DNA from: a virus
Reading direction: 5' to 3' (one strand)
Length of the DNA stretch: 64,000 nucleotides
IMG/VR virus record: IMGVR_UViG_3300033153_010610
Span: 22,969 to 86,968 of that record
Made by a program: the position numbers and the translations under genes
Part shown: positions 37,501-46,628 of the stretch, piece after piece
Position numbering within the stretch: the stretch's first letter is position 1
How the letters are laid out: each line of letters opens with the position of its first letter
The notes under the pieces: model-generated
What the model was told of the DNA's origin: nothing
Seen by the model: only the letters and a program-made list of their open reading frames with translations
Database searches by the model: none

Positions 37501-38516
37501 GTTACTACCCCAACATCTTGCCTGCCTTGTTGCTACTTCAAGCCGCGTGGTCGGGCCCGGCTGAGAGGGGCGGGCTTGGTCGTCCTTTGAGCACTTTCCG
37601 CGAGTACTTTGAGTTCACAGGAGCGTACCGGCCTCCGGCTTACAATCAGGCTACTGGAGTCAATCCAAATCCTTCCGTAACACTGTCGCCGGCAGGTCCA
37701 GATGCCGACGGATCGATGTACCGATTCAACCATGCGCTCTCATTCCGGTTGAAGATGACGCCAACTGTGTACGGCTCTGGCTCAATATCAGACAGCATAT
37801 GGGGTGAAGTCGACGAGCGTGTCCGCGAGTCCGATGTCGTGAGCTTTGTGTCCTCCATAGACCAGGAGACGGCATCAATCCACAGAGATGAGGATACCGT
37901 CTTGGACGGGCCAGCGGCCAGAGACCAGGTTGATGTAGCGGAAGATAGTGATGATTTGCTCACACTGGAAGCACTCGAAACGGCTACTGGCTCAGATGAC
38001 TTCTTGAGCGAATCTTTAGGGTTGCCGGAAGGGTTCATTTCCGAGACGCTATATCAAACTATGGCGACTGCTCTCCAAAGTCGGGTAACGTTCTCGTCAG
38101 CCGCAGATCATCCACTGCAAGTATCAACTCTTGGGACTGACCTGTGGTACGCCCTGGAGGCGGTCCGGTCTACAGTTCTAGATGCTGACGGCGAGTTGGT
38201 TACACGGTCGATAACCAGCGTGGACGAAGAGGGGGTAGAAACGACGAGGGACGTCGTCATACACCCCAAAGTTCGCAAGTTGTACAACGCCTATCTGAAG
38301 TTCCACGAACAGCACGTCGATGACGGTGATGATTCATTCGATGAGTACGGCACCTTCCTCCCGCGGGTAATCTACCTCACACATATCGACGCCGGGTTCT
38401 CCAGCGATCTCGACCCTAATGAAGACCAGGTAGTCCCGAGCCCCAGCCCAGATGGGGTAGTTAGAGAGAGTACCTTACACATCAGAGCAAACTCTTCGAT
38501 AGCGAGGGACCTGTGA
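34554..38516 (+). CDS. Baseplate hub protein with amidase and M15-like domains
   Basis: Hub-like N-terminus (WGRIDIV..ISGRD, FNEFFF..FRERPF, RYGLK); Amidase_2 motifs ~36570-36980; GAYRPPAYN ~37620. Confidence 0.75.
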   Translation: MGTLRTSQVRAYVYPFDEERPIDVSKYLVNMRVSRKTDVGGAWSLALVPEFPFISILQLGSWVRIEAQTGPAMRFRTLVWGRIDIVSRKVASTGAGARKRIHAISGRDHSGVFLDYAVYFNPFLSMRTEQLGVITPAAPLLSRDFVDGMELAAAEGLGGNPASYVKFIYTVFLERGVSSIQRFSLPTSAGPDILRTGAVLTDNQYTELVDFIYGPQATALSLPGMKGIFFDDSILSTSDGGRLWDLIRQYSNPSFNEFFFTINKATGRPEIQFRERPFPAYALRPSPLETDSIAAAIRSVRNRARGSREIYIASQQWEDILGVAVSGRDLSAISVSRDEQARYNYWMLFADGTPLLHQDQVFMMGDGYDDGAPILDLDSIQRYGLKRFEATTYYTGYHADATAEIWIIPASYWLAQLYSWYSLGPSFLKGTASLPYLERAEVGERFWVKEDDGGFTEYYINGVTWQWSKGAQGESKASTNLTISRGITGINGTVHRGEHHDLLEWDVSNNYPLPMPPPRDVKTLLEAAALDHRTWNDPSQFDRESSNIDFESGWEINRQPLEYQTSDASLVSTLVDMWSARAENCPPRYSTRETLNDNMFGTAYVAYFEGDGGALGTGDEDAEGYFYHADDELSEATLIDTSHEAEEQTQLTYVDLDILGFLGSSSFGGDNPIAVVLHSTATTTYGRGRGTRRFNTFMRNHEYDEALTAIANLFTNNWISHEVPLSLTTHFLISLEGFIVQFLPLNKEAWSAGSAANDLAIAIDLEGKPRDHTKAQKESLRLLLESSELRRMAIFPHRSIPPTTHTDPDGHVESDWGWGTPPYHMVAVPAEPSAGPPRVPLGMEVGGHVDSWEGDVQRISAELLAYTGPRNLSGPISSLVGNAAHINAAEGWSLDGVSLYTDRTSSFVGSQQVLYGIPVGLDMVDTGVYQNLLWENGVEIADVADLTYLRDPRKVQELAEAGVEPFWYDSDDERTMFAIPPPSYYPNILPALLLLQAAWSGPAERGGLGRPLSTFREYFEFTGAYRPPAYNQATGVNPNPSVTLSPAGPDADGSMYRFNHALSFRLKMTPTVYGSGSISDSIWGEVDERVRESDVVSFVSSIDQETASIHRDEDTVLDGPAARDQVDVAEDSDDLLTLEALETATGSDDFLSESLGLPEGFISETLYQTMATALQSRVTFSSAADHPLQVSTLGTDLWYALEAVRSTVLDADGELVTRSITSVDEEGVETTRDVVIHPKVRKLYNAYLKFHEQHVDDGDDSFDEYGTFLPRVIYLTHIDAGFSSDLDPNEDQVVPSPSPDGVVRESTLHIRANSSIARDL

Positions 38517-39535
38517 GACGTCGAGTACCCACTGACGGATATGACCGGGCCCGTCATGTTCTGGAGTTGGGTATCGTACTCAACACCTACCTGCCAGGCC
38601 ATCCGAGCAACAAGACGGGGTCCGATGTCGAGTGTGACGTCCTCCTCGTTGTCTCGCGTCAACTCCACCGGAATGTTCCGGTGATGCAGAAGGGGTCTGG
38701 TGTCAATTCTCAGTGGCCCAGATGGATACCTGTCCCGAGCACAAGAGACATGGCAGACCCAGAAGGGTCTGTGCAGATCGGGTTCAATCCGGACACGTCA
38801 AAATTATCGCGCTTGGATGACCTGGACGGAGAACAAGTCATCGTAGGGTACGTACGGGGTAACAACACTGACCCCATCGTCATGGGTACCCTTGGGCATA
38901 GCCAAAGCAAACTGACCCCTAAGAGCCGAGAGGGCCGGCTACATCGACTGCTGCATCAAGGCACTGCAGTTGGTGTGAGCGAATCGGGGGCGCCCTTCCT
39001 AGACATCCGGCACTCAAAAGGGAGCGTCGCTACCAAAGTGACAGTGGCCGTACTCGACCACCAGTCCGTAGATGTAGTCTCCCCTTCCGGCACTTTTTCA
39101 GTCCAGGCAGTTAGTGATGGTGTGCTGCTGAGGCATAGCGGGGGAGGGCGGGTATACTTCGACTCCCAAGGCAATTGCGGGGTGATCAGTGATTCACATA
39201 GGGCTGCCGTCCAGATGAGGGTGGGCCCCAGTTCGTTGGTGCTGGAACAGAACGCTAAGTCCGGTGTTTCCGTCTCAACCCTGGCTGGTAAGACCGTCCA
39301 ATTGGTGGAGACCTCCAGCGAGTCTGCGAAGGGAGTCATCTCTCTCCGCGGGTCTGGCATTTCCGTCGAGAAGGACGGGGAGGAACTCCTCCAGATCATC
39401 TACGACCTGATGCAAGTTGTTGAAGGCCTTACAGACAGTCAAACGGCTAATCCTGTTCTGACCCGTGGAAGTACAGTGATTGATTTGGTTCCGTTACTCC
39501 GAGCTCGCCTAGAGAAGATTGGAGACCTCGAATGA
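38513..39535 (+). CDS. Baseplate spike/gp5-like protein
   Basis: OB-fold-like N-terminus (GEQVIVGYVRGN..PIVMG) followed by beta repeats. Confidence 0.65.
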   Translation: MRRRVPTDGYDRARHVLELGIVLNTYLPGHPSNKTGSDVECDVLLVVSRQLHRNVPVMQKGSGVNSQWPRWIPVPSTRDMADPEGSVQIGFNPDTSKLSRLDDLDGEQVIVGYVRGNNTDPIVMGTLGHSQSKLTPKSREGRLHRLLHQGTAVGVSESGAPFLDIRHSKGSVATKVTVAVLDHQSVDVVSPSGTFSVQAVSDGVLLRHSGGGRVYFDSQGNCGVISDSHRAAVQMRVGPSSLVLEQNAKSGVSVSTLAGKTVQLVETSSESAKGVISLRGSGISVEKDGEELLQIIYDLMQVVEGLTDSQTANPVLTRGSTVIDLVPLLRARLEKIGDLE

Positions 39536-42500
39536 CCACCGACTCTGACGTTCTAGGAACTGCGATACGGGACCAACTCGTCACCGACGGGCATATCGTC
39601 AATCCGGCCACCTTGAAGGGTGATGCGCTGCGCTCACACATGCGTACGCAGAACTACGATCGTCTGGAAGAGTGGTGGCAGTCGGTCGCCAAGCAACTGA
39701 GGTCTCTCACTGACTCCGTCACAGCCTCTGACGTCTCCTCAGACGCCTTCGATGAGGTTACAGCCACCAACGTCCAGACTGCCCTTGAACAACTCGGCAA
39801 CGCCTCCTCAATTCGCGTGGCTGCGCTCAATGGTCCTCAGTTCAACACCGTCCAAGAGGTCTTTGACATCACCCTCTCCGCGGGCATCGTCAGCGGAGGG
39901 GTTATCACCGACGATGGTGACGGGACCATCAGCGTGTCGGCCGGCGTAGGATTCATCCGAGCGACAGACTCTGATACCGCAGAGGTCTTGGCCTTCAGTT
40001 TCTCAGCGGAGAGCGGCACCCTAGTCAATCTCGTCGACAACTCTCTCAACTACGTCTACGTCGAGTACAATGCTGGCGTCCCCCGGATAGTTTCTGCGGC
40101 AACAGAGCCCACAAACCACAACATGAACGTGGTGCTCGGGTCCGTCCATCGAGCAGGGACTAACCTACATCCAACAGATCGCCGGGAACGTGTTGGCAAC
40201 ATTGCCCATCGCTTGTCGGAGCGGATGATTGGTGTTGACGGGCTGACTCATCAGACGGGCGGGATTGTAGGAGCGACTGGGGTTCGCAATCTATCGGCCA
40301 CCGCAGGTACGTGGTGGCTTGGCCTGAATGAGATCACCTCACGAGCATTCGATACGTCGGTAGGCGTCTTCCCAGACACGCTCATCACTTTCTATCGTGA
40401 TGGTGCTGGCGACTGGACGGTCTTCACCGACCCTCAGGTCGACAACACTCAGTACGACGATGGGTCTGGAGTGCTGGCCGCCCTCGGCGTGAATCGATAC
40501 GGCGTCCATTGGATCTTCATCGGTGTCGACGACCACATCTATTCGATATTCGGGCGTGGCAACTACACGCTGAACCAAGCAAATGACTCGGATGCTCCGG
40601 TCGACCTCCCACCCCATCTCCAGGAGAACCACGGCGCGCTCGCAGCCAAGGTCATCATTCAGGAGAGTGCAGCAGCGGTCACTTCGATTGAGTCGGCGTT
40701 CATCACCAAGCTCGCTTTCGGTGGTGTGACTGTTCATGCCGATCTGACTGGTCTAGTCGCTCCTGTTGATGATCATACTCAATACGTGCACGGGGCCGGC
40801 CGTGCCGGCGGCCAGGTCATCATTGGCGGCACAGGTGCCGGAGATGACCTCACGCTGCAGACGACATCGAATGCAGCCAAGGGCTCCTACCTGTTCTCGG
40901 AACTCACGACCAACGGGTTTGTGAAGACCTCGTCGGGTACCGGCGCCTTGTCAGTCTCAGCCAGTGTTGACCTGACTACCGACGTCACGGGCATCTTGCC
41001 CCTGGAGAATGGCGGGACTGAACTCGACGCCAGCGGTGTCACCAACGGTCAGTTGCTCATTGGTAATACGACAGGGAACGTGTTCGCATTGGCGACTCTG
41101 TCTGGTGCTGCCAACGAGATTGACATCGTCAACGGTGCATCGTCGGTCACGGTAGGTATCGTCAGCAGTCCTGTCTTCAGTGGTCAGCCGACAATCAGCG
41201 ACTACACGCTTGCCGGGCATGACCATTCCAACGTCGCTGGCGGAAGTCAGATCGACCACACCGTTCTGACGTCGAAAGGAACCAACACGCACGCCCAGGT
41301 CGACTCACACATAGCCGACGACTCCATCCACGATTCGTTCCCGCAGAACTTCTGGAACGGCTCGGTGCTCGAGACCATTTCGCTGGCCTTTACCGAGGCT
41401 GCCGGGACGATCTACGCGAACCTCGAAGGTGATGGCGCCACTGATATCACCTGTAGGTTTGCTGGGGTTGACTACACGTTCGACGCCACTCCGATCGCGA
41501 CACTTGCGTTGACCGCTGGCACAGATACCGTGCCGGTGAAAAACTACATCTACCTGACCGAGGCGGTAGGCGTAATCACACTGAACAAAAGCACGGCAGG
41601 TTTCCCGGCCACCCCGTTCTGTCCCATCGGTGAGGTCATCCTCCAGTCTGCCGCATCGTTTGCGGTCGACGGCGCGTTCAGTCACCAGAACTGGACCGAC
41701 CATATGGGGTCCGCTCCAGCGAGCGGGAACGGTCACCTTAGTCATCTGAACAAGAAGCTCCGGGCACTGGGTACCATCTGGAACTCCGGTGTCGTCCCGA
41801 CCCTGACTATCGATGTCGCTCCGACCCCCGACGACGTGTTCTTCTCCTGCACGGCCGGCGTAGTCTTTCAACTTCATACTCAGAGCTTCCCTGCCCTGGA
41901 TATGGACGCCGCCAGCGACCCGCTGTACGTCGTCAACGAGCCTGGCACGGCCTACAACCAGATCACTAACATCAACACCCTGACGCAGGACAGCGCGGGC
42001 GTAGGGCTGAAGAAGTACTTCAACGTCGTCATTTGGGCCTCGGCATCTAAAAGTGGCTCCGGCAACTCACAGTTGTTCATGAACCTACCGAGTGGGTCCT
42101 ACAACAGTTCTGCTGACGTGATTGCTGATGGATCCAGGTACACCAACTTCACGATTCCAGAGGACTTCGGTGGTACCGGCTTCCTGATCGCCGCCTACGC
42201 GCTCTACAATCTGGGGAACACTTGGACACTGATCCAGACCCAGGACCTGCGCGGCCAAATCCCCGGCAACATCGCGGGTGGCGGGCTCGCCCCGACCCAG
42301 GTCTTTCAGGACGATCAGTTCCTCATCCAAGACGACGGTGACACCACAGCTCAACTTGCCTTCCAGATCAGTGGCGTTACGACCCTGACGACCCGGACAG
42401 TCACGGTCCAGGATACTGACGGGACGATGGCCCTGCTTCAGGCGGGGGTACTCCCGCTTGCGCACGGCGGTACAGCTATCGACTCCTCGGGCGTAACCAA

Positions 42501-45500
42501 CGGTCAGTTGCTCATCGGAAACACGACGGGCAACGTGTTCGCCTTGGCAACGCTGTCTGGTGCTGCCAACGAAATAGACATCGTCAACGGCGCTTCGTCG
42601 GTCACGGTAGGTATCGTCAGCAGTCCTGTCTTCAGTGGTCAGCCGACAATCAGCGACTACACGCTTGCTGGGCACACCCACACCAACGCCGCTGGTGGTG
42701 GTCAACTCGACCACAACACGGCGCTCACTAACCTCGCAGTAGGCGACGTCCACACGCACTACGCGCTGTTGGCTGGACGGGCTGGCGGACAGGCGCTCTA
42801 TGGCGGTACCGCTGCTAGTGATGATTTGTGGTTGGGATCAACGTCCGACTTTGGGACGAAGGGTCATATCTACTTTGGTAGTGCATCAGCCTACGACGAG
42901 ACGAATGATTCCTGGGGTGTCGGAATCCTGACTCCAGATTCGGGAGTCGGATTGGAGATTGTGCGCGGAGGCTTGCAGGCTACCCAGATCAAGTTGCGCA
43001 CAAACACCACTAACCTCACTAACAAGTATTCTCAGATAAGCCAGGGTCACTACACAAACGCGAATGATGATGTGGCTCTGATTCGTGGCACGTCTAACTC
43101 GTCGAACAGCATCGTCTCCATTGGAGGCGGGAATTCTGACCTCAACGCGGCCACCCATCTGTATGTGTACACGGCGGCGAATACGGCAACCACGACCGGA
43201 ACACTCCGACTCTCAATAGACAAAACTGGGCTCACTAGAGTCAGCGACAGCGTCTCACACGCGAGTTCACACAGCTTAGCCGCCAACGACCTTCTCGTGG
43301 AAGGTGATGTTGAAGTAGACGGGACTGTTTGGCTGGATGGTGGCGCCAACCTCAACTCCACCACGCTGGCCGGAGATGACGCTGTCTCTGGAAATCTGAC
43401 GCTCTCGACCACATCTAACGGTACCAAGGGCAACTACATCCTCGAGGACTTGACCAGCAATGGGTTCGTCAAGACCAGCGGCGGGACTGGTACGCTCAGC
43501 ATATCTGCTGGGGTGGACCTGGCCGCAGACGTCACGGGGATACTCCCGCTGGAGAACGGAGGAACGGAACTCGACGCCAGCGGTGTCACCAACGGTCAGT
43601 TGCTCATCGGAAATACGACGGGGAACGTGTTCGCGTTGGCTACGTTGTCTGGTGCCGCAAACGAGATCGACATCGTCAACGGAGCGTCGTCGGTCACAGT
43701 CGGCATCGTCAGCAGTCCCATCTTCGGTGGTCAGCCGACGATCAGCGACTACACGCTTGCTGGGCACACCCACACCAACGCCGCTGGTGGCGGACAACTC
43801 GACCACAACACGGCGCTCACTAACCTCGCAGTAGGCGACGTCCATACGCACTACGCGCTGTTGGCTGGTCGGGTTGGTGGTCAAATCCTCATCGGTGGGA
43901 CAGCCGCTGGGAACGACCTCACTCTCCACACGACCTCCAACGTGTCTAAGGGTAGCTATTTCCTGACCGATCTGACGACCAATGGGTTCGTCAAGACGGG
44001 TGGAGGTACAGGACTACTCAGCGTCTCTACAGCGATCGATCTGACTACCGACGTCACGGGCATCTTGCCTCTGGAGAATGGTGGAACGGAACTCGACGCC
44101 AGCGGTGTAACCAACGGTCAGTTGCTCATCGGTAATACGACGGGGAACGTGTTCGCGTTGGCTACGCTGTCAGGCGCCGCTAACGAGATCGATATCACCA
44201 ACGGGGCGAGCTCAGTCACGGTCGGCATCGTCAGCAGTCCGACCTTGTCTGGTCAGCCGACGATCAGCGACTACACGCTTGCTGGGCACACCCACACCAA
44301 CGCCGCTGGTGGCGGACAACTCGACCACAACACAGCGCTCACCAACCTCGCCGTCGGCGACGTCCATACGCACTACGCGCTGTTAGCCGGAAGAACTGGC
44401 GGGCAGACTCTGTACGGCGGTGATGCCGCCAGTAACATCTTGTCGCTGAACAGCACATCTCACGCTACCGAGGGGTACGTGAGGATAGGGGACTCCGGAT
44501 CACCGTCTCACACGTTGACCAGCGTTACGGGCTCGCTTTTCGTAAATGGAAGGCTTGAAGTCGACAATATCGCGTACTTCGACAACAGCCTGTTCGCGTA
44601 CGGATCGTCGTACTTCTCTGGCGCGGTGAATGTTGCGGACGACATAAAGCTATCATTTGGTGGCGGTTTTGACGCCTCGCTTGAGTGGGATACCGGGCAA
44701 ACTAGCGATTCCCTACTGCTTGGCCTTGGCAACACCAGTCGTACGTTTATTGTCTGCGAGACAGTAGACATGGGTACGGATTTCGCCCATGCCGCACAGA
44801 CCAACCCGACGCTGTTCATCCAGAGTTCAGATGCGACCTCTGTTGCTGACTGGATTAGCCTCGCGCACGACCAGACAGACGCCGTCATCGCTACCGGTTC
44901 CGGAGACCTGTCGCTGCAGCCTGCAACTGGAATAGTTGCAGTAGTTGGTGGCGCGAGCATTGTACATGCCGCTGAAAGCGAACAGCTTGTTATACAAACC
45001 AACAAGACTAACAACACAACCAAAACAGGCAGCCTCTCGGTTGGACATTACACCAATGCCGAGGCTCCCCTGCTTATTGCCAGAGCAGCTTCTGGTTCTA
45101 CTGCAAGCACGATAACTTACGGTGGCGGAGACGCCAGCTTTCACGCGGCTACTCAACTCAACTTCTACACCACCACTACTATCACTGGTGGTGCCGGCAG
45201 CCTGCGCATGAGGATCTATGATGACGGGTACATCCTCTTAGGTACTGCTGCCCCGTCGGCAATTTCTTCGCCCGGTTCCGGTGACGTCGTCGTTGGGTCT
45301 GAACTCGAAGTGAATGGGATGGCCTGGCTTGAGGGCGGGGCCAACATGCTAGGCACTACGCTATCAGGAAACACCACATCCTACGGAGACCTGCAACTAG
45401 AGAGCACCACCCATGCAACGAAGGGAAACATCTACTTCGGGTCAGAATCTACATATGCCGAGACTGCTAATCGATGGGGAATCGGGACCTTAGTTCCTGA

Positions 45501-46572
45501 TGTTGCTTTGGATATTGTAGAATCTGCTACGGCAGCACATATACGTATCCAAAGCAACAGGACCAATTCCTCATCCAAAAGTGGACGAATAGCTATAGGG
45601 CACTACCTGACCGCTGAACAAGACATGGCCGTGTTTTATGGATACTCCAACGGCTCTAAGAATTACTTGTGCATTGGTGGAGGAACCACGGCCTTCAATG
45701 CCGCTACAGATGTAAGACTCTACACAACGGCTAACACGACAACTACCACTGGAACTCTCAGGCTCTCTATAGACGAGACTGGGCTTACTAGGATTAGCGA
45801 CAGCGATGCTCATGCTAGTAGCCACTCTTTAGCTTCTCTCGACCTCCTGGTAGAGGGAGACGTCGAGGTCGACGGCACGCTGTACGCTGATGGCAACACT
45901 CATACGGACGGATTTGAGATGGTCCCGAAGTGGACTGGGTCTTGGTGGGCTGAGCCCGGATCCACTGCTATTAATGGGGGCGGTGGTTTGGACTGGCCAA
46001 CAGTTTCCGCTAGTTCGACTCTTGGGGCGACAGATACAGCAAAGGATACTTTTTATTATCGGATTGGTACGTCATCGGTAACCAATAATGCGGCGACTAT
46101 CACTGATTCTGATTCCACACTTTTCGACGACCAAAGCAACCTTTTCTACTTTGCCGACATTCGGATGCACACTTCACTCTCTAGCATCAGAGTCTGGGTT
46201 GGGTTGTGCTACAACATGCCATCTCAGAATGACACCCCGTCCTCGCTTGGTTCGACTTATGATACGTCTGCCTTTAGGTTCTCGTCTGTTACGGATACTA
46301 ACTGGAGAGCTGTAGTCTCCAACGGGACAAGCACCTCGACTACAAATACAGGAGTAGCAGTAACTACGAGCACTTGGTATCGAATGGTCGTCCATCACGA
46401 TTATGCTGCCGGCCAAGTCAAATTCTACATAAATGAAACGTTGGTAGCCACGAAGAGTAGTTATCTTGCCAACAGTTACCTGAGACCGTTCATCAGCGTC
46501 ACTACCAAGACTACTACAGGGAAGTACCTCGGAATTAACAGAATGGTCCTACAGCATAAGAGGATTGCCTAG
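39532..46572 (+). CDS. Giant repetitive tail fibre (2346 aa) with C-terminal lectin-like domain
   Basis: Four near-identical repeats, HxH motifs, GIGT fibre motifs, C-terminal WY...VKFYINETLVAT. Confidence 0.8.
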   Translation: MTTDSDVLGTAIRDQLVTDGHIVNPATLKGDALRSHMRTQNYDRLEEWWQSVAKQLRSLTDSVTASDVSSDAFDEVTATNVQTALEQLGNASSIRVAALNGPQFNTVQEVFDITLSAGIVSGGVITDDGDGTISVSAGVGFIRATDSDTAEVLAFSFSAESGTLVNLVDNSLNYVYVEYNAGVPRIVSAATEPTNHNMNVVLGSVHRAGTNLHPTDRRERVGNIAHRLSERMIGVDGLTHQTGGIVGATGVRNLSATAGTWWLGLNEITSRAFDTSVGVFPDTLITFYRDGAGDWTVFTDPQVDNTQYDDGSGVLAALGVNRYGVHWIFIGVDDHIYSIFGRGNYTLNQANDSDAPVDLPPHLQENHGALAAKVIIQESAAAVTSIESAFITKLAFGGVTVHADLTGLVAPVDDHTQYVHGAGRAGGQVIIGGTGAGDDLTLQTTSNAAKGSYLFSELTTNGFVKTSSGTGALSVSASVDLTTDVTGILPLENGGTELDASGVTNGQLLIGNTTGNVFALATLSGAANEIDIVNGASSVTVGIVSSPVFSGQPTISDYTLAGHDHSNVAGGSQIDHTVLTSKGTNTHAQVDSHIADDSIHDSFPQNFWNGSVLETISLAFTEAAGTIYANLEGDGATDITCRFAGVDYTFDATPIATLALTAGTDTVPVKNYIYLTEAVGVITLNKSTAGFPATPFCPIGEVILQSAASFAVDGAFSHQNWTDHMGSAPASGNGHLSHLNKKLRALGTIWNSGVVPTLTIDVAPTPDDVFFSCTAGVVFQLHTQSFPALDMDAASDPLYVVNEPGTAYNQITNINTLTQDSAGVGLKKYFNVVIWASASKSGSGNSQLFMNLPSGSYNSSADVIADGSRYTNFTIPEDFGGTGFLIAAYALYNLGNTWTLIQTQDLRGQIPGNIAGGGLAPTQVFQDDQFLIQDDGDTTAQLAFQISGVTTLTTRTVTVQDTDGTMALLQAGVLPLAHGGTAIDSSGVTNGQLLIGNTTGNVFALATLSGAANEIDIVNGASSVTVGIVSSPVFSGQPTISDYTLAGHTHTNAAGGGQLDHNTALTNLAVGDVHTHYALLAGRAGGQALYGGTAASDDLWLGSTSDFGTKGHIYFGSASAYDETNDSWGVGILTPDSGVGLEIVRGGLQATQIKLRTNTTNLTNKYSQISQGHYTNANDDVALIRGTSNSSNSIVSIGGGNSDLNAATHLYVYTAANTATTTGTLRLSIDKTGLTRVSDSVSHASSHSLAANDLLVEGDVEVDGTVWLDGGANLNSTTLAGDDAVSGNLTLSTTSNGTKGNYILEDLTSNGFVKTSGGTGTLSISAGVDLAADVTGILPLENGGTELDASGVTNGQLLIGNTTGNVFALATLSGAANEIDIVNGASSVTVGIVSSPIFGGQPTISDYTLAGHTHTNAAGGGQLDHNTALTNLAVGDVHTHYALLAGRVGGQILIGGTAAGNDLTLHTTSNVSKGSYFLTDLTTNGFVKTGGGTGLLSVSTAIDLTTDVTGILPLENGGTELDASGVTNGQLLIGNTTGNVFALATLSGAANEIDITNGASSVTVGIVSSPTLSGQPTISDYTLAGHTHTNAAGGGQLDHNTALTNLAVGDVHTHYALLAGRTGGQTLYGGDAASNILSLNSTSHATEGYVRIGDSGSPSHTLTSVTGSLFVNGRLEVDNIAYFDNSLFAYGSSYFSGAVNVADDIKLSFGGGFDASLEWDTGQTSDSLLLGLGNTSRTFIVCETVDMGTDFAHAAQTNPTLFIQSSDATSVADWISLAHDQTDAVIATGSGDLSLQPATGIVAVVGGASIVHAAESEQLVIQTNKTNNTTKTGSLSVGHYTNAEAPLLIARAASGSTASTITYGGGDASFHAATQLNFYTTTTITGGAGSLRMRIYDDGYILLGTAAPSAISSPGSGDVVVGSELEVNGMAWLEGGANMLGTTLSGNTTSYGDLQLESTTHATKGNIYFGSESTYAETANRWGIGTLVPDVALDIVESATAAHIRIQSNRTNSSSKSGRIAIGHYLTAEQDMAVFYGYSNGSKNYLCIGGGTTAFNAATDVRLYTTANTTTTTGTLRLSIDETGLTRISDSDAHASSHSLASLDLLVEGDVEVDGTLYADGNTHTDGFEMVPKWTGSWWAEPGSTAINGGGGLDWPTVSASSTLGATDTAKDTFYYRIGTSSVTNNAATITDSDSTLFDDQSNLFYFADIRMHTSLSSIRVWVGLCYNMPSQNDTPSSLGSTYDTSAFRFSSVTDTNWRAVVSNGTSTSTTNTGVAVTTSTWYRMVVHHDYAAGQVKFYINETLVATKSSYLANSYLRPFISVTTKTTTGKYLGINRMVLQHKRIA
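40966..44394 (+). repeat. Four intragenic direct repeats (~250-360 bp)
   Basis: Copies at ~40966-41220, ~42445-42780, ~43513-43872, ~44035-44394 encoding SGVTNGQLLIGNTTGNVFALATLSGAANEIDI..ISDYTLAGH. Confidence 0.95.
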
Positions 46573-46628
46573 CCAAAGATGCGGAGATAGTCGATAGCCG
46601 TTAGAATGCGCCCAGAAAGAGGGAGGTC

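Noticed and set aside
40966-44394. Fibre repeats as DGR template/variable regions
   Set aside because: Differences are mostly synonymous and not adenine-specific, all copies are coding, and no reverse transcriptase is in the window
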